Shown here in pieces: positions 1 to 10,213 of a stretch of DNA of 64,000 nucleotides. The notes under the pieces were generated by a model, which saw only the letters and a program-made list of their open reading frames with translations, was not told the origin of the DNA and did not search any database. The DNA lies in IMG/VR virus record IMGVR_UViG_2841800567_000010. The stretch is one strand, 5' to 3'. A program made the position numbers and the translations under genes. Within the stretch, counting starts at the first letter, position 1. Each line of letters opens with the position of its first letter. The DNA comes from an uncultured virus (IMG/VR IMGVR_UViG_2841800567_000010). Its lineage: Duplodnaviria > Heunggongvirae > Uroviricota > Caudoviricetes.

Positions 1-260
1 TCAATTCCTGCGGAGCACTGAAGTGATCGCCCTGGCCCTGGCCAGTAGCGGCATAATATGCGTTGCCACATCAATACCCACCTCGTACAGTAGCTGGATT
101 AGCCCAACCGGAAAGCCGAAATCAACCAGGGCCCGGTCAATGGCACCAACAGGCTCACCGTCAGGGAGGCAATGCATTGCTTCCTTCATGTCAGGTGCCA
201 GAATACGATTAACGTACCTGCTTTATCCGCCACCACTATCGGCATCTTTCCCTGTTTCTT
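1..260 (-). pseudogene. fadJ: Frameshifted C-terminal remnant of fatty acid oxidation complex alpha subunit
   Basis: Pieces [15 protein letters not shown] and [25 protein letters not shown] match the FadJ hydroxyacyl-CoA dehydrogenase C-terminal region and are split over frames. Confidence 0.8.
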
Positions 261-727
<467 letters not shown>

Positions 728-783
728 ATTATGGGAAAAACTGGGTCAACATGGGAAGAGACTGGACGGAATATGTAATAACG

Positions 784-820
<37 letters not shown>

Positions 821-849
821 CACAATTCGCACCAGCCTGATTCCAGAAT

Positions 850-1239
850 TTACTCCTTTTTCCCCGTATCGGCATCGGGTTCACCATCAAACAGTTTGCC
901 CTGCATCCGATCCATTTCTTCTTTTCTGACCCGCTTCACCACGCTGTAGACCCACTGTAGCGAAACGCCAAACTTGCGGGCCAGTTCATGATGGTTGCGC
1001 CCGTCAAACTCCAGGAAGATTTCCCGATCGCGCTGGCTGACCTTCCAGACCATCCCCATCGGAAAATAGACGTTTTGCCCTCCCCAGACCTGCATCATGC
1101 GGTTAGCAACGGCCTGACCAATCTGGTCGGCAATCGCGGGTTCAATATCAATAATCTCGCGCACGGTTTCAGAGGTGTGCTGAGCTAGTTCCACCAACAG
1201 TTCAGGCCCTTTACTACGAAACTGATTCAGGTCGCTCAT
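850..1239 (-). CDS. mor: Mor/C family transcription activator
   Basis: WGGQNVYFP motif plus C-terminal HTH (NHHELARKFGVSLQWVYSVV). Confidence 0.9.
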   Translation of the reverse strand: MSDLNQFRSKGPELLVELAQHTSETVREIIDIEPAIADQIGQAVANRMMQVWGGQNVYFPMGMVWKVSQRDREIFLEFDGRNHHELARKFGVSLQWVYSVVKRVRKEEMDRMQGKLFDGEPDADTGKKE

Positions 1240-1664
1240 TGCTTACCTCCCGCAGCTCTGCGCTGCCACTTCTTCAGCTTCTCAATAACGTTACTGGCCT
1301 GCTCATTGCTGAGCCAGCGTAACGCGCTGATGCCTGTTTCCCGTTTAACCCACAGCGCCAGCGCCTGCTCTGAACTGTCACGGACGATGCCCGCTGAGGC
1401 CATTTCAAGCCATAGTGCACGGATTTTTTTCGACTGTGGGTGGGTATCCAGCGGTAAACCGGCCTTGGCTTTTCCCGCAGGTTTAATACGAAAGCCCTTT
1501 TTCTTCATGGATTCCACTACGCGGTTAAGCTGGGTAACGTCCATTCCTTTCGTGGAAGCTTTGCCTGTCAGCCCCTGCAGCATCTGTCTGTAGGTGTCCT
1601 CGTCCATTTGCAGATCGTTACGGGCAATATGAATAAGCTGTATGAGGCGCTGTTTAGTCATCAC
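1236..1664 (-). CDS. gemA: Mu gp16/GemA-like protein (DUF1018)
   Basis: LIHIARNDLQMDEDTYRQML, KIRALW and VIEKLKKW motifs; adjacent to mor. Confidence 0.8.
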   Translation of the reverse strand: MMTKQRLIQLIHIARNDLQMDEDTYRQMLQGLTGKASTKGMDVTQLNRVVESMKKKGFRIKPAGKAKAGLPLDTHPQSKKIRALWLEMASAGIVRDSSEQALALWVKRETGISALRWLSNEQASNVIEKLKKWQRRAAGGKQ

Positions 1665-1870
1665 AGATCTCCCCCCTTTGACTGTCCCTTTACGTAGTCA
1701 ACATATAAAGGAAGGGCCACAGGCCAGCACAGGAACATCACCGCCCAGCTAATCCAGTATTTGGCACCGCTGTAACGTGAGTAAAAACCCGAATGACGAT
1801 GCAGTTCGGCAGTACACCAGCCTACGCAGCTATACCAGAACAGGGTGCATACAACAGATTCAGCCATCAT
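1661..1870 (-). CDS. Small hydrophobic phage protein
   Basis: 69 aa, overlapping start/stop with both neighbours, W/C-rich hydrophobic segments. Confidence 0.55.
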   Translation of the reverse strand: MMAESVVCTLFWYSCVGWCTAELHRHSGFYSRYSGAKYWISWAVMFLCWPVALPLYVDYVKGQSKGGDL

Positions 1871-2559
1871 AAGCTGCTCCCCAGTTTCCGCTGCTCCTGC
1901 CCGCTGACAGGCTGATGTAGCCGGACGTTTTCTCCCTCTTTGTAACCGACGTGGCGGGACATGTCTGCGTCACGGGATTTTCCGGCCCCACGGCCCGTGG
2001 TTGTACCTGAGTCGGGGTATTTTTTCTCAAGCCAGAGGCTGGCCAGTTCCCATTCCTCACGGGACATCGCGAACAGATGAACTTCACTGCGCACGGCCAG
2101 TACCCAGCCTTCGGCAAATTTGTCACCACGGCTGGTTTTGGTCGTGCTTTTGATTCTTTTATTCTGCTGCTGGATATAGTTTTTACGGGCCACGATTAAT
2201 TGTCTGGCCAGTACTTCCCATGTATACGAGGCCAGTTCGACCCGGTCTTTATTACCGTAAAAGCCAACGCTGGAGTTAAAACCGGAATGAATAATAGACT
2301 TAACCCCAAATGCTACCTGGATAATATCCAGCAGACCCAACATGTAACGTGGCGGATTAACGCTACCTGCGGCCCAGTAGTCACTGACGCTTTCGTCAAT
2401 ATCACTGAGCGCGAGGTCAGCCTGGGTGATGTTATACGCCTGCATCAGTTTCTGGGCGCGTTGCAGGGCCAGTGCAGCTTCATGGGGGTTATCGGATTTA
2501 GCCAGCGCCAGCAGTTTTTTTAACTTCTCCAGCATTTTTTCTTTATCAGTCATTGGCAT
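1867..2559 (-). CDS. DUF2786 domain phage protein
   Basis: N-terminal KLKKLLALAKSDNPHEAALALQRAQKLM. Confidence 0.8.
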   Translation of the reverse strand: MPMTDKEKMLEKLKKLLALAKSDNPHEAALALQRAQKLMQAYNITQADLALSDIDESVSDYWAAGSVNPPRYMLGLLDIIQVAFGVKSIIHSGFNSSVGFYGNKDRVELASYTWEVLARQLIVARKNYIQQQNKRIKSTTKTSRGDKFAEGWVLAVRSEVHLFAMSREEWELASLWLEKKYPDSGTTTGRGAGKSRDADMSRHVGYKEGENVRLHQPVSGQEQRKLGSSL

Positions 2560-2562
2560 GGT

Positions 2563-2751
2563 TTAGTCCTTTGGTGTGCATACACCACGAAGTTTGTAAT
2601 CGCCATCATTGAGTTTTTTGATAGCGGTGAAAGCATCCCGACAGGCTTTTTCGCTGTTAAATTCCTGCGTATGTAATGTCAGAGTCGGTTGCATGGCGTC
2701 ACTCAAAGTCATAGAGAATGGGGATGCCATCCAGAAAATAAGTACCCACAT
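2563..2751 (-). CDS. Small hypothetical phage protein
   Basis: 62 aa, tightly packed in the early operon, FNSEKAC...GVC pattern. Confidence 0.55.
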   Translation of the reverse strand: MWVLIFWMASPFSMTLSDAMQPTLTLHTQEFNSEKACRDAFTAIKKLNDGDYKLRGVCTPKD

Positions 2752-2753
2752 GG

Positions 2754-3155
2754 TTACTGGCCCTCATTAATAGCGCTGTTTAGTGCGTTGAGAACCAAAT
2801 CAGTCATGATACCTTTTCCGTTTAGCTCAACGTGGGCCAGAATTTCACTGCGGGCCGCCTTAAGTACACCGAGATTAATCATGACCGCACGCTGGTTGAT
2901 GGCGTTCAAAGAGTTCAGTCGAGCAAGGCAGCGTGTTGCATCTTCACACGTTGTTGGCACATTAATGTTCATCCGGGCCCCCAGTGGTTCAAAGTCCATG
3001 ACCGATACAAAGGTGTTGTACTGCTGGCCACAGTGAGGGCAGGCAAGAATTAAGTCGACGTGCCAGTCATTATCAATTGATGACTGCATGAGCGTTGTTT
3101 GCACTGCAACCATGTCCTCAACTTCTTCTTTACAGTGAATGCATTTGATAGACAT
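2754..3155 (-). CDS. Hypothetical protein with two CxxC motifs
   Basis: CIHC and CPHC; ATG 3155 with GAGGA upstream. Confidence 0.6.
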   Translation of the reverse strand: MSIKCIHCKEEVEDMVAVQTTLMQSSIDNDWHVDLILACPHCGQQYNTFVSVMDFEPLGARMNINVPTTCEDATRCLARLNSLNAINQRAVMINLGVLKAARSEILAHVELNGKGIMTDLVLNALNSAINEGQ

Positions 3156-3231
3156 AAATATTCCTCGGGCTGTTTTCGGCGTGCAGAAGCCCACGGCGCT
3201 GACGCCGAAATAAAAAGAAAATGAATTAAAA

Positions 3232-3843
3232 TTAAATGGCAGCTATATCTAACGGGATATTAATCAGCCTCCCGTCTTTATCTTTCTCCCGGAAATTAAT
3301 ATAGGTTTTGGACATGGCCACCTGCAGCGATTCCGATATGGCCTCCATTGCCCGGTTCCAACGCTCGTCCTGAATCTTGACGCGGCGCAGGGAAAGAATA
3401 CGCCCGGTATTAAGCTGGCCCTCTTTGTCCACCTGGAAAGCATCGCTGATGATGGCCCGCAGGTTGGCGTTCGCGCCTTCCGACCACTCGGTGACACACT
3501 CGTCTATCAGGTCTTTGGCAATTTGCAGCTCTGGCCCGAACGTCAGGGTTTCCTGCACGCGGATGGTAATCTGCTGGCCACCGTCGAAGCTGCTGAAGGT
3601 TACGTTGCCTTTGGCACCGCCGCGCGTTCTGCCGTATTTCTCGGCCACAAGGTCTAGCCAGGCATAGCACTCATCAAAGGCACGACGCTTGAAGTCGCTG
3701 AGTTCGTCGCGTTTAACCTTCGCGGCGGCAACCTGTTCTTTAACGAAAGAATCCATTGCAAGGTCATAGTCAGACACCTGGTCAACCGGTACCAGACGCC
3801 CCTTGCGGTCTTTCATGTAGTCTTCTTTATTTACTTCGCTCAT
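3232..3843 (-). CDS. DUF3164 family Mu-like early protein
   Basis: GGAKGNVTFSSFDG, FGPELQIAKDLIDEC and AFQVDKEG motifs. Confidence 0.8.
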   Translation of the reverse strand: MSEVNKEDYMKDRKGRLVPVDQVSDYDLAMDSFVKEQVAAAKVKRDELSDFKRRAFDECYAWLDLVAEKYGRTRGGAKGNVTFSSFDGGQQITIRVQETLTFGPELQIAKDLIDECVTEWSEGANANLRAIISDAFQVDKEGQLNTGRILSLRRVKIQDERWNRAMEAISESLQVAMSKTYINFREKDKDGRLINIPLDIAAI

Positions 3844-3860
3844 CGTTTTGGTTCTCCGGT

Positions 3861-4133
3861 TCAGTTAATTAACGATTCCGACCAGAAGACACGGCAGCCG
3901 TACAAAGGAAATGTTCCCTGACGAAACCGCCCCGTGCCGTTATGGCCGATGTAGCTGTAGCTTGCCTTACCCTGTTCGATCATTCGGACACACTGGCCAT
4001 TTCTGGCGATGCGGATTACCGGCATGGCACCCAAAATCATCACGCTCTGCACGGTGGCGTGCATTGCCTTCAGCACAGCTATTGCGGACTGCAGGCTAAC
4101 CAGCTGCTGGTTGATATCGGTTATGGATTTCAT
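3861..4133 (-). CDS. Hypothetical early phage protein
   Basis: 90 aa ORF packed between MuB and DUF3164, ends GCRVFWSE. Confidence 0.65.
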   Translation of the reverse strand: MKSITDINQQLVSLQSAIAVLKAMHATVQSVMILGAMPVIRIARNGQCVRMIEQGKASYSYIGHNGTGRFRQGTFPLYGCRVFWSESLIN

Positions 4134-4135
4134 GG

Positions 4136-5302
4136 TTAAACCCCCCTGACGACGTCGGCGTTGACCTGCGGAACCCCGATTTCAGCGGCCAGATTCATGG
4201 CCGCTATCACCAGGTTACTGACGGCCAGCGGATATAGCAGGCTGACCATGCTTTTACGGTTACTGCCCGCATTGCTCAAACGGGCGCGGATGGCTTCCAC
4301 TGCGCTGGCGTCCATGATGTCGGCCAGCTGCTTACCGGCACGTTGCAGTTTGAACGTCAGAAACTCTTCCAGGCTGTTGTCCAGCGGCAGCAGTTCAACC
4401 ACCTCGCAGCGCTGGACGACCTCACGGACTTCCATGTTGCGTTCGGACAGTTTGTCGGCTAGCTCCGGCTGGCCAATCAGCACGATGGACAGCAGTTTTT
4501 TAAAGCCCGATTCCAGCTCAAAGAAGCGTTTGAGGTGCTTCAGTGTCGGGATGGGCAGGCTGTGGGCCTCCTCAATCACCAGAACGTGGCTGAAGCCCGC
4601 CTGGCTGCTGTCCTTCAGGACGCGGTGCAACTGACGGAAGCGGGCGTCCTGGCTGCGTTTGATGCTCTCCAGTGGCGCGATGGTGCTGTTAATGGCCTCG
4701 GCGATAGCAGCCGCCTTCAGGGTTTTGCCCTTCACGTCGTTGTCTTCCATGGCGATGATGTATGGCTCGATAACAATCACCGGCGCGTTCTCGCGGTTGA
4801 CGCGTTCAATCAGGTCTCGGCGCAGCGTGGATTTACCCGCGCCGGACTCGCCGATAAGCGCCAGGAAACCACCGTGACGGGCGGTCTGGAACAGTGCCTC
4901 ACGCACGTAGCGGATATCCGGCGTGGTGAACACATCGTCCGCGCCCTGCATGGCTTCATCGGCGAACGGGTCACGGAAAAGGCCAAACGCTTTTTTGGTT
5001 GCTGGAAATAACACCTGCTTTTTGAGTAACATGTTCTCTGCCTCACTGAGGTTGGTTTTATCGGTAGTCCCCGCTGTACGGGGCGTGGCTGCGCCCTGTA
5101 CAGCATCAAAACTCTTCGCTGTATCAATCCCCTGACTTTCCAGATACGACGCCAGACGCTGGCGCACCGCCTCCGGGCTGGTGCGGGGCCACTCGTTATG
5201 GTTCACAATCTGGGCCAGCGTGGCCTCGGAAACGGCGACGGCTCTTGCCACTGCCGCCTGCGGGATGCGGGCCTCTTTCAGTTGTTGCTTCAGTACCAGC
5301 AT
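4136..5302 (-). CDS. MuB-like transposition AAA ATPase with N-terminal HTH
   Basis: Walker A GESGAGKS, Walker B LVIEEAH; directly downstream of the transposase. Confidence 0.9.
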   Translation of the reverse strand: MLVLKQQLKEARIPQAAVARAVAVSEATLAQIVNHNEWPRTSPEAVRQRLASYLESQGIDTAKSFDAVQGAATPRTAGTTDKTNLSEAENMLLKKQVLFPATKKAFGLFRDPFADEAMQGADDVFTTPDIRYVREALFQTARHGGFLALIGESGAGKSTLRRDLIERVNRENAPVIVIEPYIIAMEDNDVKGKTLKAAAIAEAINSTIAPLESIKRSQDARFRQLHRVLKDSSQAGFSHVLVIEEAHSLPIPTLKHLKRFFELESGFKKLLSIVLIGQPELADKLSERNMEVREVVQRCEVVELLPLDNSLEEFLTFKLQRAGKQLADIMDASAVEAIRARLSNAGSNRKSMVSLLYPLAVSNLVIAAMNLAAEIGVPQVNADVVRGV

Positions 5303-5312
5303 GTCTTCCTCC

Positions 5313-7082
5313 TCAGTTGCCGTTAACAGTGCTGATAACGCTGTTGTGGGCCGGAGCGGTCAGGGTGGTCATCACTTCGTCCAGTGCGGTTTCCTGTACG
5401 CCATCCGGGTACTGTGCCGCTAACTGGCGATAATGCTCTGGTGTCCACGTCTGCCCGCAGGCCGAGAACTTCTCGCGCAGGATTTTTGCCGCTTCCACAT
5501 GGGTCAGCGGACGCTGCTCAATACGCGGCCCGCGCACGTCTGAAGCCTGGCCGCGCTTCGGCATATAGGCCGGAAGCGTGGTGTCGTCGATATGTTTATA
5601 CGGGTCAAGTCGCCCGCCGAACGGCAGCGCCTTCGCCTTGCGGGCCGCTGCGGCATCGGCGGCGTTATCCGTGCCGGTGACCAGCGCTTCGATTTCTTTG
5701 GCCGCTGTCTGTGCCGGGGTCTCCGGCAGGGCTTTGTAGCTTTCGCCAAATACCGCCGCGCTTTCGGCAAAGCCGAACTCGTTCTTTCTGACCTCTTCAA
5801 CCAGGAAGAACGTCTCGTGGCCGTCTTCGCCGGTCAGCACTACCTGCGCCACATCGCTGCGCCATGGGTTGCGGGTAATCATCAGTTTTTCGCCGACCAG
5901 GACGCCAGGCACCGTCGAAACATCAAACTCAGCGCCCCGGAACGGCACCCGCAGTTTTGATGTGACCTTACGGCTTTCCGGCGCGGCCACCGCCAGTTCG
6001 CGGCATACCTCAACAGACGGCGCTTTCTTCAGCTGCTCAGCGCTGATTTTCAGCCAGATATCCGTGCGGGTTTTACGGTGGCGGCTGTGTATTTCCGTGG
6101 CATTAAAGTGGCTACGCCACCTCGCAGCTTTTACATTGAGCTCTTCCAGACTATTAACAGGCTGGAATTTCAGGCCCGGCTCAAATTTACGTTCGATAAT
6201 GTCGCGAGCCTTCTCCACCTGACCTGTTGCGCGGGCGTTATGCGGCTTATGTGCGATCAACTCAATGCCCAGCGACTTACACATGTTTTTCGTCATGCCA
6301 GCGGTGTTGGCAGAGCCGGGGTCGAGGTAGAGTATTTTTGGCACGCCGTGCAGCACGTCAGCGCCGCCGCGTTCCTGCATCGCATTGATAAGAACGGAAC
6401 AAAGGTTTTCACCGGACTCCGCGCCCATCACGTACTCAACGTAAATCCAGCCACTGGTGTGGTCGGTAAGCTCATAGCTCCATACGCGGTCACTGGCGAT
6501 GCGGGCGATATTGGCGGGTTTGTTCTTGTAAAATTGCGCGCTGTCCATTACCTGCAATCCCTTATGGCCGTTGCTCAGGTAATAAAGCGTGCAGAGTGAA
6601 GCATCAATCTCCCAGACGTGATTGGGGTGCAGGCTGGCCATTTCGGATGACGGGGCCGGGGCGTCCAACTGTTCCGGGTGCAGGCCATAGTTACGCAGGG
6701 CGCGGCTGATGGTGTCCTCTGATAGCGGAAAGAACTCGCCGGTTTCTTCATCCATTCGACCTGCAGTAATCAAGCCGTTAGTGCGCAGGGTCTTCACCGC
6801 ATCAGCGATGGAATACAGGCGCTTGCCGTTCTTACGTGTAGATTCGCGCAGCGTGGCGGATATCAGTGAAGCCTCTTTACGGGTCAACGTACTTTGTCCG
6901 GCGTCGGTGCGCTTTTTACGTTTATCAGTCACGGAAACCTCCTTCAGCTTGCGCAGCAACGTTGCGCGGGACATACACAGTTCAGCGCAGGCAGCATCGT
7001 ATATCGCACCACGATTACCGTGCCCCGCATCACGCGCCGCGCGGGCAACAGATACCAGTCGTTCAGTCAGGGCGGCACTCAT
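5313..7082 (-). CDS. MuA-like DDE transposase
   Basis: 589 aa; WEIDAS, LYLDPGSAN and GQVEK catalytic segments. Confidence 0.9.
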   Translation of the reverse strand: MSAALTERLVSVARAARDAGHGNRGAIYDAACAELCMSRATLLRKLKEVSVTDKRKKRTDAGQSTLTRKEASLISATLRESTRKNGKRLYSIADAVKTLRTNGLITAGRMDEETGEFFPLSEDTISRALRNYGLHPEQLDAPAPSSEMASLHPNHVWEIDASLCTLYYLSNGHKGLQVMDSAQFYKNKPANIARIASDRVWSYELTDHTSGWIYVEYVMGAESGENLCSVLINAMQERGGADVLHGVPKILYLDPGSANTAGMTKNMCKSLGIELIAHKPHNARATGQVEKARDIIERKFEPGLKFQPVNSLEELNVKAARWRSHFNATEIHSRHRKTRTDIWLKISAEQLKKAPSVEVCRELAVAAPESRKVTSKLRVPFRGAEFDVSTVPGVLVGEKLMITRNPWRSDVAQVVLTGEDGHETFFLVEEVRKNEFGFAESAAVFGESYKALPETPAQTAAKEIEALVTGTDNAADAAAARKAKALPFGGRLDPYKHIDDTTLPAYMPKRGQASDVRGPRIEQRPLTHVEAAKILREKFSACGQTWTPEHYRQLAAQYPDGVQETALDEVMTTLTAPAHNSVISTVNGN

Positions 7083-7085
7083 CGG

Positions 7086-7988
7086 TTATGCCTCCTGCCG
7101 TTTTATCTCTGGTTCAGGTTCGGTCAGCCAGGACGGGGCAGCATTTCCAGTAGGCTCATCAGGCAGGTCAAAGGTAGAGCGCAGGCTGCGGGCCGCGTAT
7201 TCCAGCTCGCAGATAAGCCCGGCCATAAAATCCCTTGGCGTATCAATTTGGTTATCTGAGCAGTAAGCGCAAAGGGTTTCGAAAGCGCTGTATAGACGAA
7301 CAGTGATAGCGGACTCTGCTTCCGTAGATATAGCCGCGACCTCCAGCCGGAGCTTCTTCACTTCTTCATCAGGCTTAGGCGGCTGAATGCGGGATTTTTT
7401 CTCCAGTTTGGTGGAGAGCGCGTCAATCTTCTCATTTTTGTCAGCGAGAACACACTGTTGTGCAGCGTTGGTTTCGCGGGCTTCGCGCAGAGCAGCCTTC
7501 AGTTCACGGCTGGTCATCCGCCCGATATCATCCAGTTCAAGCCCGGCAACAGTGCCGCCATCATTCAACTCGGTAAGTTCTTCATCATCCAAAACCATAA
7601 GTTCAAACAACTTGGTTTTAGTACCAGCTGCCTCCAGCAAATGTTGTGGCGCAGCAACATTTGAAAACTTTATTGCAGCTTGGCTCATGCGCCATGCAAC
7701 CGTCCGATCCAAACCCAACCGAGCTAAAAAGTCTAACCATTCGCCATGAGGAAGAAGTTCTTTAGAAACAATAAGCGCCCGGCCTGCAGACAGTATTTCT
7801 TCAGCACTTCGTGACAGATGCCCCCGAATTTTGTCTTCATAACGCAGTGAGTCAAATGGTAATCCATCGCCGAATTGTTGAAGAATCAATGCATGATGTT
7901 CGGCCATAGCACTCAGTTTAACGTTGAGGTCATCACTCAGCGGAGCATCTTCCACTAGTTCAACTGGTTGTGATTTTGTTCGTCCCAT
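7086..7988 (-). CDS. DUF3102 domain protein
   Basis: GRALIVSKELLPHGEWLDFL motif plus C-terminal coiled coil. Confidence 0.75.
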   Translation of the reverse strand: MGRTKSQPVELVEDAPLSDDLNVKLSAMAEHHALILQQFGDGLPFDSLRYEDKIRGHLSRSAEEILSAGRALIVSKELLPHGEWLDFLARLGLDRTVAWRMSQAAIKFSNVAAPQHLLEAAGTKTKLFELMVLDDEELTELNDGGTVAGLELDDIGRMTSRELKAALREARETNAAQQCVLADKNEKIDALSTKLEKKSRIQPPKPDEEVKKLRLEVAAISTEAESAITVRLYSAFETLCAYCSDNQIDTPRDFMAGLICELEYAARSLRSTFDLPDEPTGNAAPSWLTEPEPEIKRQEA

Positions 7989-7997
7989 TTCAACTCC

Positions 7998-8303
7998 TTA
8001 GCGACTGCCAGCCATAACACGCTGGTTAATTTCATTGATACGATCCTGTGCCCGCGCCATTTCGGTACTGTGCGCCATGGCGATTTGCAAAAGCTGGACT
8101 CCAGGGGCAAAACGTCCGTTATCCAGTTTCAGGGCCAGTCCTTCTTCGATAAGGGTATTAAGCGCACGATTGATATTCGCCGGTGACTCACCCAGATCCG
8201 ATGCCAGTTCACCGTTAGAAACACCGTTCAGAGCGTGGCCACGCAGTGCTTTAAGAACGCGCAGGATGCGGGAGCCAGAACTGGATACATTTGCCTTACT
8301 CAT
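7998..8303 (-). CDS. IclR-like HTH DNA-binding protein
   Basis: RILRVLKAL..SNGELASDLGESPANINRALNTL; AAGGGG before ATG 8303. Confidence 0.75.
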   Translation of the reverse strand: MSKANVSSSGSRILRVLKALRGHALNGVSNGELASDLGESPANINRALNTLIEEGLALKLDNGRFAPGVQLLQIAMAHSTEMARAQDRINEINQRVMAGSR

Positions 8304-8355
8304 GTCACATTCCCCTTTTTGCGATATGTGATAATCTGTTACACGGGCTAAAACG

Positions 8356-8544
8356 TTATGCCGCATTTGAATCTGGTTTCAGACCCAGCTTCACGGCAAT
8401 TTCGTGTGATTTGCCGTAACGACCTTTGGTGAAGCCGTTAAGAACCCGGTAGACCTCATTGCGGCTGTAGCCGTTTTCTTCAGCCCAGCGGGTGAAAGTG
8501 ACCCCGCGCTGTCGGAAGAGTGATTTGACTTGTTCTGCAGTCAT
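8356..8544 (-). CDS. Ner/Cro-like small DNA-binding protein
   Basis: 62 aa HTH (WAEENGYSRNEVYRVLNG...SHEIAVKLGLK), first gene of the early operon, divergent from the repressor. Confidence 0.8.
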   Translation of the reverse strand: MTAEQVKSLFRQRGVTFTRWAEENGYSRNEVYRVLNGFTKGRYGKSHEIAVKLGLKPDSNAA

Positions 8545-8598
8545 CGTTGTCTCCTTTGTTGATGCAATGATGTTTGCCTTATGTGTGATAGATTATAT

Positions 8599-8642
8599 AC
8601 GCAAACGTGTATAAAGCAACGAAAGAGACGCAAATGTGTATA
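8599..8642. promoter_or_regulatory. Candidate immunity operators
   Basis: Direct repeat ACGCAAA(C/T)GTGTATA at 8599-8613 and 8628-8642 between the divergent ner-like and repressor genes. Confidence 0.55.
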
Positions 8643-8999
8643 GCTGAGCGATTAAAAGAAGTACTAAAAGAAAAGAAAATCAGCTCAATCAAAAAGTTCG
8701 CTGAGATTTGCGAGCTACCTTACCGTACCGCTCAAAGCTATTTGAATGGCGACAGGGAACCTAATATTGCAGGCCTAACGAAGCTATGCACACAGTTGGG
8801 TATAAACCTCAATTGGCTTCTCACAGGTGTTGGTGAACAATTTATCTTGGGAGATGGGACTAAATCAGTGCAGGGTATATCAACGGAGAAACAGGCTCTG
8901 ATGGATGCGTTTGATGATATGAGTCCTGAGCAGCGGAGGGCTATTCTTGAGGTCGGCAAAGTCCTCACTCAACCAAAACCAAGCAAGTTTGCTGGGTAG
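8634..8999 (+). CDS. XRE-family phage immunity repressor
   Basis: HTH IKKFAEICELPYRTAQSYLNGDREP..LNWLLTG; divergent from the early operon. Confidence 0.85.
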   Translation: MCIAERLKEVLKEKKISSIKKFAEICELPYRTAQSYLNGDREPNIAGLTKLCTQLGINLNWLLTGVGEQFILGDGTKSVQGISTEKQALMDAFDDMSPEQRRAILEVGKVLTQPKPSKFAG

Positions 9000-9118
9000 G
9001 GAGAGGGCTTATAAGAATTTCACGGTAAAGGGAATGTGGTTGAGTTAACTGCTTATCGGGAAAGGCTTATCAAAAAAAGTAAGGTGGCAAGGCCTAAGCT
9101 CTTGCCACGACAAAACTG

Positions 9119-9385
9119 TTAATCTTTGACCATAAACCAACCTTCAAAGTAAGTGCCTTTAGACCCTGTCTCTTTCTTTTCGCAGGCGAACATTTTCTCG
9201 TTTGGCAATCGTCCAGTCACCATGTCTGGCTTATCCTGAATGATTTTGAGTGGTTCGCCACCATTTGCCTTTATAGCTGACAGACATTCTTGTAATGAAT
9301 GAAATTCAGCTTTCATAACGCTATCAGCCATAGTATTTCCAGCGACTAAAAAGGTAGAAATCAGAACAGCAGTCTTAAATTTCAT
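9119..9385 (-). CDS. Small exported protein (moron)
   Basis: Signal-peptide-like MKFKTAVLISTFLVAGNTMA, two Cys, AT-rich DNA. Confidence 0.65.
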   Translation of the reverse strand: MKFKTAVLISTFLVAGNTMADSVMKAEFHSLQECLSAIKANGGEPLKIIQDKPDMVTGRLPNEKMFACEKKETGSKGTYFEGWFMVKD

Positions 9386-9442
9386 AGCGTTATCCATTGT
9401 AAGTGGGTTCAAATTCGGCGGCCTATTAACGATTTTATTTAA

Positions 9443-10213
9443 TTAAAAATTACAAATCACCAATTCTTTCCTTGGCGTAGCTTTACCTGTGACCTTCAAG
9501 TTGTAGCTGATATCAACTGTCTGAATGTTTAGTCCGTTAAACGTCTGCCGCATTTCCGGGATATCGTTCACCGATATAATCATCTTCCCTTTGGTGCTCC
9601 GCGCCAGCTCTGCCATGTGATCATAGTTTGCCAGCCCGAACTCCACACCATAGCCTTCCGTTCCCCAGTACGGTGGGTCACAGTAGAACAGCGTATGCGG
9701 GCGATCATATCGCTCTATGCACTGGTGCCAGTCCAGATGCTCTATCAGCGTTCTCGACAGACGCAGGTGTGCCATCGACAGTTCTTCTTCGATGCGCAGG
9801 AGGTTAAAGCGCGGCGCACTGGTGGTGGAGGTGCCGAACGAGTGAGCGGCGACCTTACCGCCAAACGCCTGTTTCTGCAGGTAGTAGAACCGGGCCGCCC
9901 GCTGAATGTCGGTGAGTGTCTCTACCGGCGTATCCTGCAGCCAATTGTATATCTGACGGCTGACCAGCGCCCACTTGAACTGGCGGACAAACTCTTCCAG
10001 GTGATGTTTTACCACCCGATAGAGGTTCACCAGCTCGCCGTTGATATCGTTGATGACTTCGGTTTTGCTGGGTACCTTGAGAAAATAGAGCGCCGCTGCG
10101 CCGCAGAACGGCTCCACGTAGCAGGTGTGGGCCGGGAACAGTGGCAGAATGTGTCTGGCCAGACGACGTTTTCCGCCAATCCAGGGAACGATGGGTAAAG
10201 ATTGTTCTTTCAT
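9443..10213 (-). CDS. D12-class DNA adenine methyltransferase
   Basis: PWIGGK, YVEPFCG, INDIN and DPPY motifs. Confidence 0.92.
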   Translation of the reverse strand: MKEQSLPIVPWIGGKRRLARHILPLFPAHTCYVEPFCGAAALYFLKVPSKTEVINDINGELVNLYRVVKHHLEEFVRQFKWALVSRQIYNWLQDTPVETLTDIQRAARFYYLQKQAFGGKVAAHSFGTSTTSAPRFNLLRIEEELSMAHLRLSRTLIEHLDWHQCIERYDRPHTLFYCDPPYWGTEGYGVEFGLANYDHMAELARSTKGKMIISVNDIPEMRQTFNGLNIQTVDISYNLKVTGKATPRKELVICNF

